Shown here: positions 32,301 through 42,667 of the stretch, in pieces
Numbering within the stretch: the stretch's first letter is position 1
Layout of the letters: the number at the start of each line of letters is the position of its first letter
Origin: Amoebophrya sp. A120
Lineage: Eukaryota; Protista; Dinoflagellata
Assembly: GCA_905178155.1 (NCBI GenBank)
Contig: CAJINV010000010.1
Location: 2,178,778-2,242,777, forward strand
Direction of reading: 5' to 3'
Length of the DNA stretch: 64,000 nucleotides
Made by a program: the position numbers and the translations under genes
Notes under the pieces: generated by a model
What the model was told of the DNA's origin: nothing
Databases searched by the model: none
What the model saw: only the letters and a program-made list of their open reading frames with translations

Positions 32301-35300
32301 TGCATATCCTCTAACTGCTTGCATTTTTTTCCTCCTTCCTTCACGGCAGTTTCTAGCTTTTCCAGCTCGGCGCGGAGCTCTTTGGTCTGCAGCTGAAAAA
32401 ACTCCTCCTTCTCCTGCATATGAATCGCAAAAGTATCGTACTTTACTAGTAGTAGTAATTGCACTACAAATTCGCTCAGCATGACAAATGGAATTTGTCA
32501 TGCTGATTTGCCTTGGCGGGAAGCAGATTTGTATTAATGCATGACTGCGATTACTACGAGTACGATACTTTTGCACAGGATACTGCAGTTGCGCCTGCAA
32601 CTCGCCGGCCAGTTCCTGCGACTTTCGCTTCTCCAGTTCCGCTGCTTCGTGGTCTTCTTGTTTTTTTAAGACTTGGCTTATGCATCGCCAAATATGTCTG
32701 GGTCTGGAAGGTGGTAACTTTTCATGGTAAATCTGAAGCATGCAAAAATCTGTGTTGCATGAGTGCCAAAAGCTGTCCGCTTTCGACCAAGTTGGGAGGG
32801 ACTTTCTCATGTTGCAGGATAGGCATGGTGGAGACCTCGCAGAGTCTGTCTTGCTAAGTCCCTCATTCCAGACCTCATGCGTCATGGAAAATCTGCATGA
32901 CAAGTTTACACTCTTCCAGACCCAGAATTTTTTCAAAAGATATGGTTTTTCTCTTCTATTTCCTTTTCCAATCTTTTTTCCAACACACCTTTCTCCTGCT
33001 CTATCAAAGTGAAAAAAGCCCCCACCCCATACTCAAAAGACAGTTTGTGTTGCTGGATTTGTGTACACAGATGAACTTTGTATTGCAGCAAGAGCGTGTC
33101 TGCATATTCTAAGGCAATTTGGATACGCATCCGGCTAGCAGCTGCGTATGAGAAACAAGTCTGACATAGGCGGAAACGCATGACAGACTGGCTGCATGAT
33201 GCGCCACATGGGTGACGTTTGCCTTGTAGTACAACGCAAAACAAAGGTGATTTGTGCTCACAAATCAGCATCACAAGTTTCCTTTTCGATATGGAGAGGG
33301 GGGGTTTCATTGCAATATGCTCGAACACTTTCTTCGTTTCCAGCACTGCCTTGTCGTGCTCGCTGGTCAGCTTCGCGGTAGCGAGTTCGTGCTTTCTCTC
33401 CGCTGCTTGCATCTTCTCGGAAAACTCTTTTTCTTTCACTACCAGTTTCGCCTCGTAGTCCTCTTGCAGCGCTTGCTTCAAGTCTTTGTGCGCCGTCGCT
33501 GCTCCCTTCTCCCGGTCGAAGTGCTGTTCCTATCCAGTGCAAAAGTATCGTATTCGTATCAATGCAAGTCTTGCATTACAAATCTTTCTCTTAAGGCAAA
33601 TCCGCATTACAAATTTTATTTCTCATGCTGAGAAAATTTGTAATGCATTTATACGAGTGCGATACTTTTGCAGTGCATAGCTCCTGCAGCAGCGCAATCT
33701 CGGCGTTTAGCGCCTCGTTCTCGTCCGCAAACTGTTTTTCCAATTTCTCTTTTTCTAGCACCATCTTTTCCTGCAGTTTTATCCGCTCCTCTTCCATCTT
33801 CACCTCGAAAGCCTTCTCCTTCTCCAGCTTCTCGATTCCGATTTTCTGCTTCTCCTCTTCCAGTTCGTGATATGGATCTGTCAGGATCGAAATCGACAAA
33901 GTTGAAATCGTTTTTTGTCATGCATAAAATGGATGCCAGTTGTAACCCAGTTTCCAAGTGGCGCATGACAAATTTGGGTAGAGCCGAAATCCAGTTTTTA
34001 ATGCTGTTTGGACAAGGAACAAGACGCCTTTTGTCATGCTACTTTATTAGCGGCTCTACTTCAACCCCTCAACAGGCTTACAATCTGCCTCCATTGCCTG
34101 CTCTGCAAAACAGGCATTTTGTGGGTTGCATTTCACGCATCGCAAACTATTTCAACTTTAACGATTTCAACAATCCTGACGCTTCCATACTTGAATTTTC
34201 CGGTTGAGAAAATCGACGGCAACGGAATTTTTCTCGCTTTCCTTGTGAAACTCCAGCTCTTGGAGTAAGTATGACAGTGCACAACTCCCTCTCCCCCCCA
34301 TTTGCCATGCAAAATCCCAAATCCAGTCGCTGCTGCCTGCCTTGTGGCACTGTTTGCAAGCATGACAAATTCCGGAAGCTGCCCAAACAGTACTACATTA
34401 GACACATAGATTTGTCATGCGCATAGGCTTCATGTGATGTGCTGGCGTTTGTATTGCTGCTCATGCCATACAAATAAGGAAGAGGGGGGGTTATGCACTC
34501 TCATAGTGAGAGCTTCGTCTCCAATTGCGACAATTCCTTGTCCTTGCTGTTTTCGATCTGCTGCTATCAAATGCAAAAATGTCTGGGTCTGGAAACTTGT
34601 GATGCTGGGTGGCGTCTCATGATGAGGCTACAGATGCTGGCTCAGCATGACAAGTTTCTGAGCTCCTAGGTGTTGCCTATTCTGCATGACAAACTGCGCT
34701 TCTGCATCACAGAAAAACGGAGCTCTTGGGTAACGTGCATGACAGATCTAAGAGTCATGCCAGACAAGCATGACAAACCTGAATTCTTCCACACCCAGAC
34801 ATTTTTACATTTGATAGCTGCTTCAAAGAAACGATCGCAGACTCCTTTTCCTTGGAAAACAAATTTTGCTGCTCTAAAACCAATTCTTGCAGTTTCTCCT
34901 GGTGTTCCTGCTTCAAAACGTGGATTTTTGTCTCGAATAGCTCCTTTTCCTCTTGCTTCTTTCTTTCGAACTTTTCCTCCATTTCTTTCCCGATCAGCAC
35001 CTTATCAAAGGCAAATACGTCTGGGTCTGGAAACTTGTGATGCTAACCATGACTGTAATATCGACGCTCATGCATTACAGATTTAAGTAAGAGTTGTCAT
35101 GTGAGACAAGCATGACAAACTTGCACTTTTCGAGACCCAGACATATTTGCAATGCGTACACCTTCTCGGCTTCAAATTTCGCGTATCAAATGCAAAGATG
35201 TCTGGGTCTGGAAGAATGTGAGATCTGTCATGCAGTTTTTGTCTGACCCAGATCGGATGGCATGCGAGCTCTAGCATCACAGATTTAGATTTTGAGCAGG

Positions 35301-38300
35301 TACCGCCCGAATGCCTATTGCGCATGACAAATCCCCTCTTTCGGTAACAAGAACTGGGGCCTTTTGCTAGCCATGCATGACAGATTTTGTCGTGATGTAC
35401 ACTTCGCATCACAAATTCGAACTCTTCCAGAGGACCCAGACATATTTGCAATGCATATCGCGGTCAAGTTCTTGATCTCCTCGAGGTGAGTGGCGTTGAG
35501 CTGGTTTTGCTTTTCGTTGAAAAATATCAAATGCAAATATGTCTGTGTCTGGAAGATTGCCGGGTTTGTCATGCATATTTTGCGTGACCCATGACGCCTG
35601 TAATGCATGACCTAGCGTCACAGATCTTTAGATGTTGGCTCCCTAATGCCTATTCCGCATGAGAAGTGCCACCCCGCGTAGCACAAGCTGGTCCCCTCTT
35701 TCTGGTCATGCAACACAAATTTTTTTAGAATGCAAAGACAGCATCACAAGCTGCAACCTTCCAGACCCAGACATATTTGCGATGCATAAAAAATTCGTCC
35801 TTTTGTTTCACCAAATTGGACAGCAGTTTCTCCTGTTCACTGGTCCAGACTTCGCGCTGCTTTTTGTATGAATGTGCACAACTCCCCCTCCTCGTCCCCC
35901 TCATTTGTATTGCATGAACGGCAATACAAACACCACCACACGTGGAACCTGTGCATGACAAGTTGTTTATGCGCCTAGTGTAGTACTGTCTGGGCCTCCG
36001 GTGAATCTGTCATGCAAACAGTGCCACAGGGGAGCACTTGGATATGGGGTCTGTTCGCATGACAAATGAGGGGGAGGGGGGGCGGTTGTGCACTCTCATA
36101 TTTTGACCTCTTGGTCCACTTTCAAATCCACCTTCTGTTGGACTTCCGCCTCCAAACTTCGGTCATGCATTGCAAAAGTAAGTATCCTACTAGCATCAGT
36201 CGCATGATGAATTTCTTTAGCATGGGGAATGGAATCTGTCATGCGGATCTACTTTAAGAACATGATTTGTAATTGCATGCACGATTGGAATTAGTACAAG
36301 TACGATACTTTTGCAATGCATATCGGTCATGCAGACTCGATTTCTGCTGCTCCGCGTTAAGCTCGTTTGTCAGCTTCAAAATCTGCTCCTGGTACTCGTC
36401 CTTCAAACTGCTTTGCTGCTGGAGAAACTGGCTTTCCTGCTGAAGCTTTTCGGTTTTCAAGTTCTGGTCAAACAGCGCACTTTGTTCGGCAAGTTTAGCG
36501 GTGAGCGTGGCGAGGCTTTCGGCTTTCTGCTGCTCGAGGGTTTGGCTGTGGTCTGCTTTTTGCTGGGCAAGCTGGCTTTCCAGGTCGGTGACCTGAAGTA
36601 GCAAAGGGGAGTTGTAAGAACTCATCCATTTGTATACTTTGGACGTGCAGCGTCGTCCAACAACAACAGGATCAAATACAAACTCCTTGATTTACATTTA
36701 CATTTGTTTCACGTTACTTGTTCTCCGTCCCCTGTGCGCCAAAACATACACCAGGTGGAGGGAAGAAAACAGACTAGGTTCACAGCCAGGCCGCTAGAGG
36801 TACACTACTCCGCTGCTGCACGTGTTGCCGGTGCGTAAAAAGAAATACCAGCGTGAACGAGAATAGAAAAGAGCAAGAGCACGACCTGTACCTCCACACA
36901 GCTTTTAAAAGATATTGCGAAGGTCGATGTTATGCTCTACCTGTCTTTCCAGCTCTGCCTTCTCTGCGTTCAGCCGTTCCCCGGTGTTTCCCGCTTCCCC
37001 CGCAGACTCTTTCAGTCGGTATCGCGAGAAATAAAACCTGTCTCAGTCTCAACTTGTGATGCGGACACTGTTCTGAACAGCTTTTTGTCATGCTCGACAT
37101 GCATCAAGAAAAGGGCACTCCTCCAACATACGTGTTTTTTCTTGCATATGCATATGACGGCGCATCACAATATTTAAATCTTGCGTGTCATGCTAAGGAA
37201 ATTTGTAATGCTGAACCTGCTACTAAGGTTTGTGAGACTGAGACAGTTTTTTCGTGCGCTACTTGCCGATGCTGCACGACCAACGTCGACACTTTTGACT
37301 CCAACTCCTGCACCTGCTGCAGTGCCTGCTCGTACTCCTTCTTGTGCTTCTCGTGCTTGGAAGCAAGCTTCGTCTTTTCGGACTCCAGGAGCTTGACTTC
37401 TTCGGTCTTCTCGGCCAGCTCCTTCTTCCATTTTTCGCATTTTTTCTGCTCTTGCTCCTGCTCCTGGACGGCGTCCTGAGAAAAATAACGTGGTGTACTA
37501 GATCATTTTCAATTTTTATTTTTTGATAGATGTTGCATGACATTGACATGCGATGATAGACATTGATGTCATGATCGAGTGGGAGAGCACACCGACACAG
37601 GAAAACAAGCGGAGCAGTATTTTTAGCAAGGCGGAAACTGCTTATCATGTTGTACCCGCAAAGACCGCTGCAGGTCCAGAAAGACCTCCCGCGGCACAGT
37701 TGGCGACCCGGGACCGCCGCCGGGGGAAGTATGAAAGCGTCACGTTGGAAAACGACAAAGTTATAGCTGAAATAACTCTTGTTCGTAAAGCATGAAATCA
37801 TGCCAGGCGGTTGTACCATGTGGCTGTATTGGAAAGCCGGCAACAAGTGAGGCCGATGGCAAGCCTGTTCGGGATCGGGGGTTCTAGAGCTGCTAAAGTT
37901 CTCGTAGCACGATAAACATAAGGTCTTCTTCTTCTATGCCCACTCAGCATGACCAATTAATAGCATTTAGACGCTTCTAAAGTTTGTCATGCGCCGCTTG
38001 GCATTATTTCAACTTTGTCGAAGATTTTTTCGAACCTGACACTTGCCTAGGAAGTGTCTGCTTCGTCGTCATCGCCAAAAACGGACGCCGGGCGAGATCC
38101 GGGCCGCGACCCCGGTCTGGAAGACGATATGGGATTCCCAAACGTTACATTCTCAACTGTTACATGGATTCGTCATGCAAAATGAGCATCAACATCCACA
38201 CAATGAAGCTGCTTCGCATGACAAATGTTGGAAAGGCTAAACAGCACCCAAATCTACTGTGCTGAATCTGTAATGTTACAGGTGCAACCTCCCTTCTTTG

Positions 38301-38783
38301 TCTTTTGCCATTCGTGTTGCATTACACATTCATGTAACAGTTGAGAATGTAAGGTTTGAGAACTCCATAGACGAGCCGGCCGCGTTGGGGTCGCGGTCCC
38401 GGGCGGCAGCGGCCTTTTCGCGGACCTTCTTGCCGAACTTGTATTAGAATGAAAAGTCCCCCCTCCCCATATCAAAACGGAAATCTGTGATGCAGATTTG
38501 TTGTCACAAATCAGCTTTGTCATGCTACACGGGAAAAGATGCGGACTGTAGTGCTGGGTGGCGTGGGGAAGCCTTGCATCTTCAGTATGATAGGAGGCAG
38601 CTGAGAATGGGAAACAGCATGACAAATTGCCTGCAAACGAGGCCACGACTGCGGCTCTTGGCCTTCTAGCATGACAAGTCGATTTGTGACCTCAAACACA
38701 GCATCACAAATTTCGTTTTCAATATGGGGAGGGGGGATTTTTCCTTTCGATAACTTGGTCAGGTTCTTCTGCAGGTTTTTCAT
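20350..38783 (-). CDS. Very large multi-exon coiled-coil / low-complexity protein (may be 1-3 genes)
   Basis: Starts MKNLQKNLTK|FGKKVREK; E/K/Q/L heptad-rich exons over 31-37.5 kb; long ORFs 26396-29339, 21532-23451, 20350-21313. Junctions checked in frame after TIR removal (IFG|KTLCK, NIVL|SPLK, PSG|TSTG, KIQ|ELEE). Junctions near 30.4, 25.9 and 23.5 kb are not fully resolved. Confidence 0.6.
21319..21526. mobile_element. TIR intron element, family H
   Basis: TATCCCACGAAAAAACTGTTTCACTGTGA / TCACAGTGAAACAGTTTTTTCTTGCGATA; DR CCCGA. Confidence 0.9.
23908..24878. mobile_element. Old family A TIR intron element with a nested ~830 bp insert
   Basis: TATCCACTACAAAAGCATCG...GTACTTTTGCAGAGGATA; removal with 23903-23907 gives ERRQL|PVTQHH. 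Confidence 0.75.
24743..24809. repeat. Near-perfect 67 bp palindrome (33-bp arms, 1-nt loop)
   Basis: AATTAGCATTTGCAAACCTCGCGTCTACTTAAC-T-GTTAAGTAGACGCGAGGTTCGCAAATGCTAATT, 1 mismatch. Confidence 0.95.
24992..25150. mobile_element. TIR intron element, family A (opposite orientation to 16441)
   Basis: Family A TIRs; DR TTCCA. Confidence 0.9.
25219..25368. mobile_element. TIR intron element, family A
   Basis: Family A TIRs; DR CTGCT/TTGCT. Confidence 0.9.
26105..26390. mobile_element. TIR intron element, family B (opposite orientation to 1819-2098)
   Basis: Body is the reverse complement of 1819-2098; DR ATACG/ATAAG. Confidence 0.9.
29345..29596. mobile_element. TIR intron element, family C (252 bp subfamily)
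   Basis: TATCAAAAGTAAAAATGTCTGGGTCTGGAA...CCAGACCCAGACATTTCTACAGTTGATA; DR TGCCA. Confidence 0.92.
30098..30237. mobile_element. TIR intron element, family A
   Basis: Family A TIRs; DR TGAAG. Confidence 0.9.
31061..31206. mobile_element. TIR intron element, family A
   Basis: Family A TIRs; DR TTCAC/TTCGC. Confidence 0.9.
32017..32306. mobile_element. Diverged family C-like TIR intron element
   Basis: TATCAAGTGCAAAAGATATGTAGTCTGGG...CCCAGA...TTTGCGAATGCATA; DR TCCTC. Confidence 0.8.
32419..32582. mobile_element. TIR intron element, family A
   Basis: Family A TIRs; DR CTGCA. Confidence 0.9.
32679..32942. mobile_element. TIR intron element, family C
   Basis: GTCTGGGTCTGGAA / TTCCAGACCCAGA; DR TGGCT/TGGTT; body similar to 58845-59109. 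Confidence 0.88.
33002..33317. mobile_element. TIR intron element, family D
   Basis: TATCAAAGTGAAAAAAGCCCCCACCCCATA / TATGGAGAGGGGGGGTTTCATTGCAATA; DR TGCTC. Confidence 0.88.
33531..33679. mobile_element. TIR intron element, family A
   Basis: Family A TIRs; DR GTTCC/GCTCC. Confidence 0.9.
33871..34189. mobile_element. TIR intron element, family E
   Basis: TATGGATCTGTCAGGAT / ATCCTGACGCTTCCATA; DR CGTGA/CTTGA; restores NRKIQ|ELEEE. Confidence 0.85.
34270..34505. mobile_element. TIR intron element, family F
   Basis: TATGACAGTGCACAACTCCC / GGGGGGTTATGCACTCTCATA; DR GTAAG/GTGAG. Confidence 0.88.
34565..34816. mobile_element. TIR intron element, family C (252 bp subfamily)
   Basis: Nearly identical to 29345-29596; DR GCTGC. 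Confidence 0.92.
35003..35158. mobile_element. TIR intron element, short family C
   Basis: Family C ends; DR CACCT. Confidence 0.85.
35184..35457. mobile_element. TIR intron element, family C
   Basis: Family C ends; DR TCGCG. Confidence 0.88.
35525..35788. mobile_element. TIR intron element, family C
   Basis: Family C ends; DR AAAAA. Confidence 0.88.
35867..36100. mobile_element. TIR intron element, family F
   Basis: TATGAATGTGCACAACTCCCCC / GGCGGTTGTGCACTCTCATA; DR TTTTG. Confidence 0.9.
36164..36322. mobile_element. TIR intron element, family A
   Basis: CATGCATTGCAAAAGT / ACTTTTGCAATGCATA; DR TCGGT. Confidence 0.88.
37020..37261. mobile_element. TIR intron element, family H-like, DR eroded
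   Basis: CTGTCTCAGTCTCA / TGAGACTGAGACAG inverted pair, TA termini; removal plus 5 nt keeps the frame QHRQ|VKESAG. Confidence 0.75.
37730..38049. mobile_element. TIR intron element, family E (opposite orientation to 33871)
   Basis: TATGAAAGCGTCA...CCTGACACTTGCCTA; DR GGAAG; removal eliminates an apparent in-frame TAG (EADTS|PGGG). Confidence 0.82.
38128..38369. mobile_element. TIR intron element, family G
   Basis: TATGGGATTCCCAAACGTTACATTCTCAACTGTTACATG / CATGTAACAGTTGAGAATGTAAGGTTTGAGAACTCCATA; DR GACGA. Confidence 0.92.
38442..38752. mobile_element. TIR intron element, family D
   Basis: CCCCCTCCCCATAT / ATATGGGGAGGGGGG subterminal pair; DR ACTTG. Confidence 0.9.
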
Positions 38784-40504
38784 GGTCGTGACAGCGACGG
38801 GAACGGTAGCGACGGTCGCGCTTGCGGAAAAACAAGCAACCGGTCGTGACTTCTACGGCGCTTCCGCTTGCGTCGTCGCGGTTTCAACGAACAGTTCGCA
38901 GCCGGTGCTTATTCATTGACGGGTCACGACGCCAACCCGCAGAACGACTGGCAGGGCTGTCGCCAACTTCCATTTCTTCAGTCCTCTCTCCTGCAGCCCG
39001 TCGCCCGACCGCCGCTTTTTACTACCATGATGTCCTCCGCCACTCCCGCAACTGGAGACCAGCGCAACCCGCGTGGCGCATGGGATGAAGCTTGTTCCTA
39101 CAACGGCGAGGGGGGACGGAGGGTCTCGTTGATCAAGAAGTCCTCCTCCGCGGGCTCAGCACCAAGTAGAAGAGTCATAGTACGTTCATCCCTTCCTCGC
39201 GGCGCGTGCGCGCTTTCTCCTTCATCATGATTTGCTTTTCCAGCACTATGATTACCTTTCTAAAAATGCAGCGACATTGTGCATCGTCTCCTCGTGTGTG
39301 TCAGCAACAAAAAAACGAATAGGAAATGGCCATCGTAGATGACACAGTAAGTCGCTGGGCATGTTGTACTAACTCAGCATAATGACGTGTCAAGTAGAAG
39401 CCTTTATTCCGTGCGATTCAAACATTGAGGACCAAAGTAAAAGTTGCGAGCACCAGTCATTCATATCTTCTCCCTCGCAATTTATACTAGGCATACTTAA
39501 TCATGTGGTCGTCAGTCTCAGTGTTTATCTTTATTGCATTCTTCGATATATCTTCTGATCTTGCGAAGGTTCCGACCGAAGAACTGCCTGACGATGACGA
39601 ACGCAGATCATATCTGCACGGATTTCTCACCGGGACCGATCACAAGAAAACAAGAAAACCACACGAAAACAAATAAAACCAGAACTGCCATTAGACCACG
39701 AAGAAAGCAATTTGTAATGTAGTACCTTTTCTAAAATGACCACAATCTAGGCCGCTATGCTCGTCGTCGACATCGATAATTCATCGGAAAGAAACCAGTC
39801 GACACTCGTCGGAAAAACACGGAACAACCATTAGACTCTCTCTGGCTGCAGTGTCTACTAACTAGCCGCAGAAACCATATAGATTCTGCGAATCCAGCAC
39901 AGACTTTTTGGTTTTCTGAATCCAACTTGCAATGGTACATTGTGAAAAAATTTGCGTCGCCCAAATATCACAAATAGTTAAAGCTAAAGCCTTCCCCTTC
40001 GCATATAAAAATGCGTCTCGTAATGTGCGTTGCAGGCTGATACTTTACTTGGCTTTGCAAGCAAGCTGCAGGCTATGCAGTCGAGTGTGATTTAGTGGTT
40101 GAGTACTAGTAGAGATACATCTTTTATGCTGTATGTTAGTGATAGAGTACCATGCTGTGGAGCTGTATGGGCATTATGGTAGACAGCATGCGGTGAAGCA
40201 GGATATGCATTTTGTGTTTAGTTGTAGTAGGCTTGTACTAGGCTATAGTGGAACTACACTCAGAGCACGGCTACGGAAAAGTCGAAAAAGGAGGAGGACC
40301 AGTAAAAAGAAAGGGCACGCGGGAGGCACTATCTCAAATAGAACAGCAACAGGCTATGTTTTTCTAGTTAAAGTACAAGCTGTTCTTCTTCTTGACATCT
40401 AGAAACAGGGGACGAAAATCAAAGTGCTACCGGGTACCTATGCCTGTTGGCAAATATGCTTGTAGATTTCTTGTGCGTGTGCGCTTTTCTATTTCTGATA
40501 TAGT

Positions 40505-40778
40505 GCCGTATTTTTTTTTTGTGTTTTCCTCATATCTATTTTTTTGTGTTTTTCTCATATTTATATATTTTTTTGCGTTTTTCTCATATGTAATTTTTTT
40601 GCGTTTTTCTCATATGTAATTTTTTTGTGTTTTTCTCATATGTAATTTTTTTGTGTTTTTCTCATATGTAATTTTTTTGCGTTTTTCTCATACGTATATT
40701 TTTTGCGTTTTTCTCAAATATATTTTTTTTTTTTGCGTTTTTCTCAAATGTATTTTTTTGCGTTTTTTCCATATGTAA
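40505..40778. repeat. AT-rich minisatellite, ~27 bp unit (TTTTTCTCATATGTAATTTTTTTGCG-like), ~9-10 copies
   Basis: Direct reading of tandem units. Confidence 0.9.
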
Positions 40779-41073
40779 AAATGTTGAAATAGCATAGAGG
40801 TGATGTACGGGAAGCGTTGCACCAAGAAAAGCACAACCGCCAGGGCGGGTGGCTCTTTCCGTTCGTGCCTGTCGCGGAGGACATTCATCAGCTAGTCCTA
40901 GTTCGTAGTAATGCTATAGAAAAAGTGGTTATTTTATTTGCTTGTTGCTCTCTATATTAGGTTTAAAGTTGTTTGCGTTTTTTAATTGCACTCAGGGCTC
41001 CTATCGATAGCGTCTGAATTCCCTCCTGTCGACTCCGCAGTGCCTGCGCCAGGTACTTTGTGGCCTGCGTTGT

Positions 41074-42052
41074 TTACGCATCGTCGAAGAATGCGGCGCA
41101 GTCCGACACGGGGTCGTTGGACATTCCGCAACAACCGGGGCACCCGTCCACTTTATTTTTATTCGCCTCATCTCTGTGTATGAGAGTACATAACTCCCCC
41201 TCCCAGTCCCCCGCATTTGTGCTATTGCATCAACAGCACTACAAACACCCGCACCTGTGGAGCCTGTGCTTGACAAGTTCATGCGCGTAATCTAGTACTG
41301 TTTGGGATTCCGGAATCTGTCATGCGAACAGTACCACAGAGCAATGGCAAGGCTTGGATTATTTGGTATTTTGCATGACAAATGAGGGGGAGAGGGGGGG
41401 TTGTGCACTCTCATAGGAAGCCATGGCGGTATACAGTGCGTGTCACACTCCTCCTTATGGCCTTCTCAAACGTTACACTCTCAACTGTTACACGAATCTG
41501 TAAAGTAATGCAAGAATAGCAAAAGTGAAGGGGGGAAGGCAAAGGTTGCCCCTTTTGCATTACAGGTTTGGAGCAGTAGATTATAATATACTTCTGTCTA
41601 GCGCGTCGAGCACTTGTCATGCGAAGCAGGTTGATCATGTTCATGTCGATGTTGGTGCCAATTTTGCACCATGAAAAATTCATGTAACTACAGTTGAGAG
41701 TGTAACGCTTGAGAGTCCCATACTCCTTTCGACGATTTTGTAACGCTTGAGAGTCCTTCGACGATTTTGTACACGGATTTTTGTGAAAACCTCCAGTGCG
41801 CGAGCAACATTCGACGCAGTATTTTCCTGCAAGTTCAGCTTGCGAGGGATCAAACGAGTTTGCACACGATTGCGTGCAGTCGAAAGAACTTTCCATGAAC
41901 CCGGTCGGCGTCGTTTCCTTTCCGGCCCAGAAGTGCGTTGTCGTCAACATGCGCCCCTTCTTCTTCGTGTTCGCCGCGGAGACGACGTTCTTTCCCCCTC
42001 CCCCGCCCAGGGGAATCATGGCGGTCGCGACGAGGGTGGTCTTCTTCAACAT
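41074..42052 (-). CDS. Small Cys-rich protein, three exons, possibly secreted
   Basis: MLKKTTLVATAMIPLG...CTQSC...CVECCSR...PC...RRKE|ECDTHCIPPWLP|DEANKNKVDGCPGCCGMSNDPVSDCAAFFDDA* after removal of two TIR introns. Confidence 0.7.
41179..41415. mobile_element. TIR intron element, family F, DR eroded
   Basis: TATGAGAGTACATAACTCCCCC / GGGGGGTTGTGCACTCTCATA; the downstream 5-mer reads CACAG on the coding strand. Confidence 0.85.
41456..41722. mobile_element. TIR intron element, family G (opposite orientation to 38128)
   Basis: Family G TIRs; DR CTCCT. Confidence 0.9.
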
Positions 42053-42087
42053 CTTGTGTTTTACTTTCGCCGCAAGGATGAAAGCTT

Positions 42088-42474
42088 TATAAATAATTAT
42101 AACATTCTTCAAACGCTACGCATTGCACGACGCGAACACCTCCCTTCGAGAACCTTCAACTTCTCTCAGACGCTGCATTGATCTTTCGGTGTTCGTAATG
42201 TTTTGACGTGGTAAACCGTATTTACCTGGGACAAAATTATTGTTGTGCAAGCAAAGCGCTGCGCATCATTGTTCCATGCGAAAACTGGATCACGTAGGCG
42301 CGTTTCCGCTACCAGATCGGATTTCGCAAGAGCTCAAAGAGCCTGTTCACCTGGTACAAAAGGGGGACAGCAAGAAAGCAAACATAGTGCATCTAGGGGT
42401 GCTAGTTGTACTTGAAAAGGCGTGGCGAGCCTGCTAGGCGCGGGCTTCGCTCTTTTAAAGTGCGACAAAGATTC
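42088..42474. repeat. Split direct repeat A, terminal copy (387 bp)
   Basis: Matches 51761-52147; one substitution seen (AAACGCTACG vs AAACACTACG). Confidence 0.95.
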
Positions 42475-42667
42475 GAGTATGTGAATAAACAACTAAGAGT
42501 GACTGCTATTTGTGTTGTAAGAAAAAAGCAAAAAACAAAAAGAAGTAGAAGTATGTAATGCAAAACAAAGGGCATGTAACTGCAAAAAAATACAAAAAAG
42601 AATGAAGACTTAGTTTGGCAAAAAAGGAAAGAGAGATCAAAAAAGCCATAAAGTAGGTCACACTCGA

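Noticed and set aside
42240-42437. Identical 65-aa plus-strand ORF here and at 51913-52110
   Set aside because: It simply reflects the duplicated repeat A; non-ATG start and no coding evidence.
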